The notes under the pieces were generated by a model. It was given only the letters and a program-made list of their open reading frames with translations, was not told the DNA's origin and did not search any database. A stretch of DNA of 64,000 bases from the NCBI GenBank assembly GCA_045658885.1, contig JAZOVU010000029.1, forward strand, positions 74,652-138,651, written 5' to 3'. Shown piece after piece: positions 40,372 to 49,000 of this stretch. The first letter of the stretch is position 1. The number at the start of each line of letters is the position of its first letter. Origin of the DNA: Candidatus Pelethomonas sp. (GTDB lineage Bacteria; Bacillota; Clostridia; Oscillospirales; Oscillospiraceae). The translations under genes and the position numbers were made by a program.

Positions 40372-41131
40372 GTCGCCCCCCCTGCGGGGGCGCGAATTGA
40401 AATGGTACATACCTTGAGGAGTTTGTGGCGCAGAAGTGTCGCCCCCCCTGCGGGGGCGCGAATTGAAATATTACATGGCCGTTCTTGTACGGCGAATATT
40501 TAAGTCGCCCCCCCTGCGGGGGCGCGAATTGAAATTTTCAGCTTCTCCGTCAACTGGCCATCCGTGTACGTCGCCCCCCCTGCGGGGGCGCGAATTGAAA
40601 TACGGATCAGGAAATCGCGTACTTCATGAACCTCTGGTCGCCCCCCCTGCGGGGGCGCGAATTGAAATATAAATAGATTGGGTTTTCCGTCCAGCACCGC
40701 CTTGTCGCCCCCCCTGCGGGGGCGCGAATTGAAATAATTGTTCCTGCGCTGAAATTCAAACTGCTATTGGTCGCCCCCCTGCGGGGGCGCGAATTGAAAT
40801 ATTTAGTGCCTTTACAACAGTTTCCAAAAGACCAGGTCGCCCCCCCTGCGGGGGCGCGAATTGAAATCATAAAGCCGAACAATTTCCCTAAGGTGTTGGA
40901 TGTCGCCCCCCCTGCGGGGGCGCGAATTGAAATCGTCCCTGCCGTATATGGATACCCTGCGGATTCAGGTCGCCCCCCCTGCGGGGGCGCGAATTGAAAT
41001 GCCAACGCCATCAGCAAGTGCGAGGTGAAAACCGTCGCCCCCCCTGCGGGGGCGCGAATTGAAATAACGACATCCTGTATGTGGTACTGACTGTCGCAGG
41101 TCGCCCCCCCTGCGGGGGCGCGAATTGAAAT
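40372..41131 (+). CRISPR. CRISPR array, 12 repeats (32 nt, GTCGCCCCCCCTGCGGGGGCGCGAATTGAAAT) and 11 spacers of 33-35 nt
   Basis: Repeats counted by hand at 40372, 40438, 40504, 40570, 40637, 40704, 40770, 40836, 40902, 40969, 41034 and 41100. The palindromic core CCCCCNNGCGGGGG and the ATTGAAAT 3' end are typical of type I-C. Repeat 7 is 31 nt because it lacks one C. Confidence 0.97.
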
Positions 41132-41244
41132 CTACAATGCCGTCAGCGGTCAAGCCAGCCAGTGACCATGCGCACCCATACCGCATACGATGGAATGCGG
41201 ACGCAGAAACGCGTCTGAGCCTGTCTTTGAGGAGGAGTTTTCCA

Positions 41245-41700
41245 TTGGAAACGATGAAACCAAACGGCTGTCCGACGATGGAGGGCAGTCTACCTGGCCA
41301 GTGTGCCAGTATGGTCTTTCCGTATGTCCCGATGCAGGGCGAAAGTCCTGAACGCTACGATGCACAGGAAGGGCTGGCGACTGGCACTTTGTTCCCCGGG
41401 CTGAATCTGCCGTTTTTTAAGGCGATTCGCTCCCGTATGAACTGTGACAACCGCGCCCTGTGTGAATTGATGGCACTGAGTTTTGCCATTACAGAACTGG
41501 GCTTATATCTGGATACCCACAAGAACGACCGCGAGGCCCTGCGCCTGTATCGCGAGTATGTCGCAATGGCGGAAGATGGAAGAAAACGCTACGAGGCGGT
41601 GTATGGCCCACTGATGCAGAAACATGCTGGGGACGACCAAAACGGTTGGAACTGGATTGATAGTCCGTGGCCGTGGGAATACGAAGGAGGGCGAAAATAA
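41245..41700 (+). CDS. fused CotJA-CotJB-like spore coat protein (start uncertain: TTG 41245 or ATG 41254)
   Basis: The N-terminal part FPYVPMQ...YDAQEGLATGTLFPGLNLPF is CotJA-like. The C-terminal part ELGLYLDTHKNDREALRLYREY...YGPL...WNWIDSPWPWE is CotJB-like. GAGGAGGAG RBS at 41229-41237. Confidence 0.7.
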   Translation: METMKPNGCPTMEGSLPGQCASMVFPYVPMQGESPERYDAQEGLATGTLFPGLNLPFFKAIRSRMNCDNRALCELMALSFAITELGLYLDTHKNDREALRLYREYVAMAEDGRKRYEAVYGPLMQKHAGDDQNGWNWIDSPWPWEYEGGRK

Positions 41701-41796
41701 TGTTTGTCTATGAGAAGAAATTGCAGTATCCCGTAAAGATTAAAAATTGTAATCCAAAACTCGCCGCCGTAATTATCAGTCAATATGGTGGTGCTT
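41700..41796 (+). pseudogene. cotJC: cotJC (Mn-catalase-family spore coat protein) remnant, truncated after about 32 codons
   Basis: MFVYEKKLQYPVKIKNCNPKLAAVIISQYGGA matches the conserved CotJC N-terminus. It then diverges and stops at 41888. The TAATG overlap with the upstream gene and the GAAGGAGG RBS are retained. Confidence 0.65.
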
Positions 41797-41861
41797 ATAT
41801 CAATAGGATACAACCAACTAATAGACCCCGAATCCAAATCGCGGATTTCTTTGCACAGGTA

Positions 41862-41889
41862 TTGCAAAATGTTCTAGCTGTCGTATAAT
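41862..41889 (+). promoter_or_regulatory. candidate sigmaA promoter for fic
   Basis: TTGCAA, a 16-nt spacer, then TATAAT, 11 nt upstream of the GAGGAAG RBS and the ATG at 41901. Confidence 0.5.
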
Positions 41890-41900
41890 AGAGGAAGAAA

Positions 41901-42932
41901 ATGCGTAAGTTAATACGCAAGTTATCGAGAGGTGTTTTCATGGGAAATTACAAACCACCATTTACCATCACAAATCAAATTTTATTCTATGTATCTTCTA
42001 TTTCAGAAAAAATAGGTCGGATTACGGCAACCAGCAACTTGGAATCAAAACCACACCTAAGAAAAAATAACCGTATCAAGTCTATCCATTCCTCTTTGCA
42101 GATTGAAGCGAATTCCCTTTCTTTGGGACAAGTGCGGGATGTCATCAATGGAAAGACTGTTCTTGGCGAGCAAAAGGAAATCCAAGAAGTAAAAAATGCC
42201 TATGCCGCATATGAGCGTCTTTCTGAACTCAATCCATACAGTATCAACGATTTGAAAACATACCACGGCATTATGACGAGATATCTTGTTACAGAATCTG
42301 GTGATTTCCGTCGCGGTGAAGAGGGTGTTTTTAACGGTGAACAGTGTATTTTCATGGCACCGCCTGCACGATTGGTTCCACAGTTGATGGATGACTTGTT
42401 TTCTTGGATGCAGGAAGCGAAACATGGTGTGCATCCGCTCGTTGTAAGTAGCGTATTTCACTATGAATTTGTCTTTATCCATCCATTCTCTGATGGGAAT
42501 GGCAGAATGGCGCGGTTGTGGCATACCGCTCTCCTCTCTCAATGGAAACCGATATTTGAATATATTCCTATTGAGAGCCAGATTGCGAAGTTTCAAGAGG
42601 AATACTATGATGCTATTGCCAAATGCCATGTAGAGGGAGAATCTACCATCTTCATTGCGTTTATGCTATCGCAAATTGATAAGATTTTAGAGGATATCGC
42701 TGTACAAATTCGCGAGGATACGGAGCAACTTTCGGAATCCATTACGCGGTTGCTCCATGTGATGGAATACGATATTCCTTATACCAGCAAAACTTTGATG
42801 GAAAAATTGGGACTAAAATCGAAAGAGGGATTCCGTAAAAACTACCTGCGTCCGGCGATAGAGAGGAATCTTATCTGTATGACGATTCCAGAGAAACCTA
42901 ACAGCCGGAATCAGCGATATGTGAAAATCTAG
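41901..42932 (+). CDS. fic: Fic family protein (AMPylase-type Fic domain, N-terminal inhibitory-helix region, C-terminal winged-helix-like region)
   Basis: Core motif HPFSDGNGRMARL (HxFx[D/E]GNGRxxR). N-terminal SSLQIEANSLS resembles the [S/T]xxxE[G/N] inhibitory motif. The gene is visibly more AT-rich than its neighbours. An alternative start lies at 41940. Confidence 0.9.
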   Translation: MRKLIRKLSRGVFMGNYKPPFTITNQILFYVSSISEKIGRITATSNLESKPHLRKNNRIKSIHSSLQIEANSLSLGQVRDVINGKTVLGEQKEIQEVKNAYAAYERLSELNPYSINDLKTYHGIMTRYLVTESGDFRRGEEGVFNGEQCIFMAPPARLVPQLMDDLFSWMQEAKHGVHPLVVSSVFHYEFVFIHPFSDGNGRMARLWHTALLSQWKPIFEYIPIESQIAKFQEEYYDAIAKCHVEGESTIFIAFMLSQIDKILEDIAVQIREDTEQLSESITRLLHVMEYDIPYTSKTLMEKLGLKSKEGFRKNYLRPAIERNLICMTIPEKPNSRNQRYVKI

Positions 42933-42942
42933 CATAGCAATG

Positions 42943-42978
42943 CCCCCAGTCCCAAAAGTCAGGACTGGGGGATTTTTT
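42943..42978. terminator. bidirectional intrinsic terminator between fic and the giant gene
   Basis: CCCCCAGTCC-9 nt-GGACTGGGGG followed by ATTTTTT. Confidence 0.7.
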
Positions 42979-42980
42979 GC

Positions 42981-43000
42981 TTTGTGTCCAACTTGGACAC
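42981..43000. repeat. palindromic motif copy A (TTTGTGTCCAACTTGGACAC)
   Basis: It lies 1 nt downstream of the giant-gene stop. It is a near-copy of the 22-mer at 60378 and 61846. Confidence 0.8.
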
Positions 43001-43001
43001 T

Positions 43002-46000
43002 TTACCACGGACTTTTCGTTTTCCAACCGTAGCTATCCCAGATAGCGCGCTTCTGCTTGGCGGTTAATCTACTTGCCATCAGTGCAGCCTCTATATCCGC
43101 CTTGCTGACATTCTCTGAATCTCTCCTTTTTGCATTCGCTTCGGCTCTTGCAAGCACCGCAATATAGTCCTTTGTCGACACTTTCTGTCTTCTGGCTATC
43201 ATGTACCGTTGATACGCATTGTCACCCATGATGTTAGACAGCATCAACTCTTTGATTACTTCGTCATATGCGCCGTTTGCCACTACTATGTATTTTTCGA
43301 GATTTGTTCCATCTCTGACAGCATCAACTTCATGTGCTACTTCAATAGTACCTTTCGGGAGTTGGCTTGCCCATCCTCCTGTTTTTTCACCCAAAGATAG
43401 GAGTTGCAAAAACTTTTTAGCTTTTTCATCAAGTGAATCACTTTCCGTTGGAGGAACCCAGCGTACAGGCAGACTTCCATTACTTTTCACACCAATCTGT
43501 GCCTTCATCCTATCCTCCATAGCCTTCTTGATTTTTCCAACTGCTTCTTCTACCGCTTCTTCTTCATCAACACCTCCGTCAACACATCTCTGGAGCAACC
43601 CCTCATAGAAGTCCTCATAAATATCCTGGTATGTATCCAAATCGGCATTCATAGCGCGGTAGATATTGTCATAGAACACACCCGAAGCGGTGTCCTCATT
43701 GTAGGTAAGCTTGTCTAGTTCATATTGTAGCTCGAACAGATCATTCTCGCTGAGAATCGTGCTCACAATCGAAGTCGCATTTTGTTTGAGATTGCTAACC
43801 GGAAGACCAAATAGGTCTCCCAGCTTGCAAGCTGCCTCCAATCCTGTAGCAAGTATGGTTTTCTCTCCTTCTCCGCTGAGGGATGTTGCAAGCCGCCTTG
43901 TGGCATCGATTAGCTCGGTTACAGATGTCATGTCAGCTCGGTCTACGCTGTAGCCTTGAATCGCAGCCATTCCGTCCTTGATGTACGGAATATAGCCGAA
44001 CGGATTGAAATTCTGTTGAAAATTTCCCTCCCAGAAGCTGGCATGGTAATCTCCGAAAGTTGTTTCCTCTCCGGTGAAACCGAAATAGCTTTCCCAGAAC
44101 TTCTCCCAGTATCCTTTTTCTCGGTCATCGTCTCGTAGTGCGTCCACCAAAGACTGCATGATTGCGTTTACCCCGAAGGAAATAATCAGCGCAGCAGTGC
44201 TTCTAGCGGTGGCATTCCATGCTCGTTTCTTCGCGACATTGTCTTTTGCATCAATCAGATCCGATACATCCCGCAGCACCATGTTGTACACTTTGCTTGG
44301 CTCACTCATGAAGCTGGTAGCCATTTTATTCAGTGCATTTCCACTGCGCATGATCTGCGTCCGGTGCAACACACTGTCCACAACTTGTGTCCGGTCAACA
44401 ATCTCACCAAACCGCTTCGCAACCATCTGATAAAACGCGGTGCTACCTTTTTCAAGTTCCGGATGCTTGTCAGCGGTTTCCTTCTCCACCGCATTCCAAA
44501 GATGCCCCCATGTTATGTTGTCAGCTACTCCAGCTGCCCACATGAAGCGGTTTTTAATCTTGTCGATCTTGCTTTCGCCTGCAATCAGTGCCCTGAGGCT
44601 CCGTCCAGTGTCAAGCTCAAAATATCCCCAGTCCTTCCATTGTGCGATTGGTGAATACTTTTTTGCTTTTTCCCATCCCTTTTGCGGGTTGTTGCCAGTG
44701 AGGAAGTATTTCGGGTCAAGCATAGCAGCTGCGCGAATGATTGCCGTCGGCTGTTGTATGATAACGCGCAGATTACTGCCAACCTTTGCCATCTTCCAGT
44801 TGCCTGTCATAACTTCGGTAACCGCTTTTTCCTGTCCGGCCTTTGTTCCCTGTGCAATGTCACCTAGCAGATGCTCCAGATATGCCTCACCGTTGTTGCC
44901 GTATACAGATTTTAAGATGCGTTTCACGGTGTCTTTGACCGTAGGAGCTTTATCGCTTTCTGCGTTATTGCTCTCATCAAGATACTGGAAATTCAGCAGT
45001 CGCGTAATATCCTCGTTTGTTCCCAACCATGCGGCGTAGGTAGACATCTGGTTCAAATGTGCGGTAAAACTGTCCATTGCGCTGCGCAGTTCAACGGGGT
45101 TTGCTGCGTCTGGCTGTGTCAGCTTTGTCATACCGTACCCTGGAATCGTCTTTTCTCTGACTTTGCTGGTAGGGTCACTTTTGTTTTCGGTTTTTGTGAC
45201 CTTAATCGGCCAGTAGTATTCCTCCTTAAACTTTTTGTACCCATAGACTTTCATAGTTTCCGCATTACCGTGCGCTGCCAGCGTAGTGCTGAAATACTTT
45301 TGCAAACCATCCATTAGCTTTTTCTGCGAATTGGTCAGCGTGCTGATAATCTCAGTCAAATCATGCTCGCTCACTTGAACCGGTTGAACATTCCCCTTGT
45401 CCAGAATTCCTTTCGTCGCGCCAATGCTGTTCAAGCCACCAATGAAGATATGCGGCAATGCCTGTTCACGATTTGTCAGCGCATAAAGCTCCATGATTTG
45501 ACTGGTGGAGAGTGTCAAAGAGCCTCCATCAAAATCAAAAGTGTGCAATTCTTTATCTAGCTTGGAGAAATCCACGCCAGTTTCCTCAACCAGCTTTTTG
45601 GCTTTTTCAACACCCTCGCTCAGAATGGCAATCTGCCGATCTTCCGCCTGTCGCATCATCCGGAATAGTTCATCTCCTGTATCTCCCAGCTTATGCAAGA
45701 ATGTTTCTGGTGTGAGCATATCAAAGTTAAGCAACTGATCTGCTGCACCGATTGTTTTTCCCAACCCTTTATCGCTGAATATGACTCTGTCTGTCTTTCC
45801 TTTGTTATCCCTGGCAATCGCATCCGCCATTGCGCTTACAGTTTTGTAGCGACCCTCATTGTGCAATTTATCCGCCTGAACGATGGTTTTCTCGATTGTT
45901 GCAAGAACCTCCCACACCATATCCAACTCTTCGCGGTTCATCTCCTTGAGTGTCTTTTCACCCATGCCGGCAATGGCTTGCAAGCGGTCATTTAACTCTG

Positions 46001-49000
46001 GATCAATACACAAAATTTCTCGCTGTGCTACCTGCTCCAACTGCTCACGCAACGCAATCGCCGCTATGGTTCGGTTGGTTTTTTCTGCTCCCAACACACT
46101 TCCCGGTATCACCCGTCGATACATGGCATCTTGCGCAAATTCATACTCAAATCCACTTTCAAGATTGATATATCGCAACAGATGCAACACAGCTCCCCGT
46201 AGTTCTTCTGGTATATGTTGCTTATTTGTGGGGCGCAAAAATTTTTTACCCAGACGAAACGCATGGCGGTAGATAGTTTCCCGACGCTGCGCTGCGTTTT
46301 GTTTTTCGATGCGTAGGCGGTTGCGTTCTGCGTATCTTTCGTGCAGTTTCTCAATATCGTATTCATGCTGTGTAGCATGCGCCTTGATTTCTGCCCGCAG
46401 AATTTTGAGGTCCTTTACTCGTTGCTTTTGCCGCTTTTGGTATTCCCTGTCCGCCCAAGTCGGATTTTTCCGCGGAGTTTGATAAAACCGCTCCAATATT
46501 TCTCCCGCAAGACGATCTATCAAGAGATTTTTTCGGTTGTACGCTTTTGGATTTTCAGCCACCATTTCAAGGTCCTGCAGAACATCGCTAATTCTGGTCA
46601 GTTGTTGGCCTGCGCTAAGCATATCATCTGGGAATAGATCCGGATAATCCTCACTCAGCTCCTGATAAAGACTTTCTACAGAGCGTCCGTCCTCGACCAA
46701 TGTCAACCGTCTGGAATTGCGATTCTTGAAGTCTTCATATCCGCGGTAACCGAAGTATTGCAACTCTGCCCGGTTCTTCTCAGCAATAGTAATTTCTTCT
46801 TTTTTGATTTTGCTTCGCAGTTCCCGATAATCATTGCTTAAGGTTCCTGCATCAGCGATACTTTGGTCAAGAATATCAAAGGCAATACTGTGTGCCTCTG
46901 CTCGGATTTCGTCAAGTGGCTTGTTCTTTTTGTTTAATTGACCATACGCGTTGCCACCTTTTGCGTGTATGCTCTGATACAAAACATCTAGTCGGTCGGT
47001 AAGCTCTTTCTCGTCAATCTTGGAACCGAACTCTTGACGCAGAGCTGCTGCTACCAACCTAACCGCCTCGCGGTTCTGTTTCGGTGCATCCGTTCGCTTC
47101 ATCTGTTCCTTCAAACGCTGGTTTTGACGCTCGAGTGCATCAATCTGTTTCTGTAGGTCTCGAACTCCCTTGACACTTTTCCGTTCTTCGCTCTCTGCAT
47201 GTTCAAAAAAGTCCTTGATGTTATGCGCATTTCGTGTTATATTCTCGGCAGAGATGGTAAACCCTCCGTAACTCGAACGGCTGCCTGCGTCCGCAGGTAC
47301 GCCCTCGCGGGAGGTGGCCATCTCTGTTTTTATTTGCATATCATAAATTTGCGCACGCTGGTCGCTTTCGATTTCTCGTGTTGCAATTACGAACGGAACT
47401 GTTTCCCCATGATATGGTCCACCTGTGATCTGTACCACTGCAACAAAATTATCCCATCCTGGTTGACCAGTTGGGGAGCTACCGATTTTGCTGTGTTCAT
47501 CGTGGCGCGTACTATACGCATATCGAGCAGTGCCAAGCAACTCACGAACTGTTTTCGCTACTGCTGCCTTTTGCGGTGTGGCATAGCCTGTATAATGGTC
47601 CTTTCCTTTTCCTGTGAGATGGGCAACAACAGTTCCGTTCTTAATGCTGAAAGTAACAGAATCGTCGCCAAGCACATCAGTTAAGATTTTTTGGATGAAT
47701 TTGCGGGCGGCTCGTTGATTACTTTGGCTCCAGTCTAGCTCGCTCGCATATCTCTCCACATCTTCCCAGCGAATACTCACGGAGGCACCATCTCTGCGTA
47801 TATCACTGGCTGTATCAGCTATGGCATCTGCCGTTGTCTCCACATCGTTATACTCCAGAAACATTCGATCAATGTTAGTGTCCTTAAAACTGTACCGAAT
47901 CTTACTGCTTGTAGTATCACGATTCTTCCCTGAATTAGCCTCTTCCAACGCACTTTCCCATAGTCGTGCTGCACGGTCCAGTTGCTGAACCTCTCTGCCA
48001 CTCAGCATCGTCTTAATGCGCCGTATTACATCCTGGATCGCATCGAAGATATTCTTTGCAAGTGTTCTATCTTCTCCAGCCAATTTGCGAATCAGCACCT
48101 CATTGTCCAGCAGATTTCCAGCAAAGTCCGCTGCAAGTTCGTCCATTGCCTGTTCTCTGGTGAGATTCTGACCTTCTCGTTCATATAGTTGTATGATCTG
48201 CTCAATCCGTTGCTCTAGTGTGCCGCGATTCTGATAGATCTGCGCAACATACTTTCTGTACTGATTGTATGTTTCACCTGCGACATCCTTCAGATGGTGC
48301 GTAATCTCGTGTTTAGCAACGATTTTCACGGGGTCATCCGCATTCTCACTGATATAGACTCGTCCATTTACAATCCATCCGTTACTATTTTCGCTTGCTG
48401 CAGCCATTTCGATGCTTACACCCACCGCTTTTGCCAGACGATCCAAATATGCTGCATCCTCAGTCGAACCATGAAACCTGTCGCTAGTATAAAATCCTGG
48501 TTGCATGCTGTCTGTGGTGTTTGTTTTTTCTGACTGTGTTTCTTTTTCTGTGTTCAACGCGGACACCGTTTTCTTGTTTCGCCCAAAGAGCGCGTCAAAA
48601 AACAAGCTCTCTCGCTTCGCTTTCTCGTCCACAGGCGCATCTGCGTTCCCCTGCGCCTTTCCCTGTTCCCTCTCCGAAGTTACGCTCTGTTCCTCGCTAT
48701 CTGCGTCAGTCACAGTTGTACCAACGGCGCGGCGCGCGCCATCCGATGTGCGATACTGGGCAATCTCTCCGCCCTCCAAAAGTCCTGTAGACAGCGCAGT
48801 GATAAATGCCGTATATGCCAGCTCCTCACTGGTAGGCGCATCGTATTGGTCGCCATATACAATGGTGCGAAACAGAGGTTCCAGAAAATTCTGCATTTCC
48901 TCCTCAACGACCTCGCCACCAAGCTTCACCCCAGTTGCGCCCAACACGCGCCATGCGGCATTTTCGATTGCTGCCACTTTCGGCAGTAGCTTTTCAGCAG

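Noticed and set aside
40404-41099. Self-targeting of the adjacent phage-like element by resident spacers.
   Set aside because: Six-frame translations of all 11 spacers showed no match by eye to the element's proteins in this window. The check is not exhaustive because non-coding regions and the part beyond 64000 were not covered, so it is listed as a test rather than a finding.
40436-41186. ORFs of 65-136 aa across the CRISPR array, with repeated peptides such as SPPLRGRELKY and ISIRAPAGGAT.
   Set aside because: They are translations of the 32-nt CRISPR repeat in different frames, not genes.
41132-41244. Small hairpins (CCGCAT…ATGCGG, GACGC…GCGTC) between the array and cotJ, considered as a possible degenerate extra repeat or a terminator.
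   Set aside because: They show no similarity to the CRISPR repeat, their stems are only 5-6 bp, and no U-tract follows.
45522-45539. FDFDGG (aa 1581-1586) in the giant protein resembles the NADFDGD metal-binding motif of multisubunit or two-barrel RNA polymerases. This raised the idea of a virion RNA polymerase like those of crAss-like or N4-like phages.
   Set aside because: The third Asp is missing. I see no flanking double-psi beta-barrel signatures or a second barrel motif. A 5-residue similarity in a 2425-aa protein is expected by chance. It is worth a structural search but not a claim.
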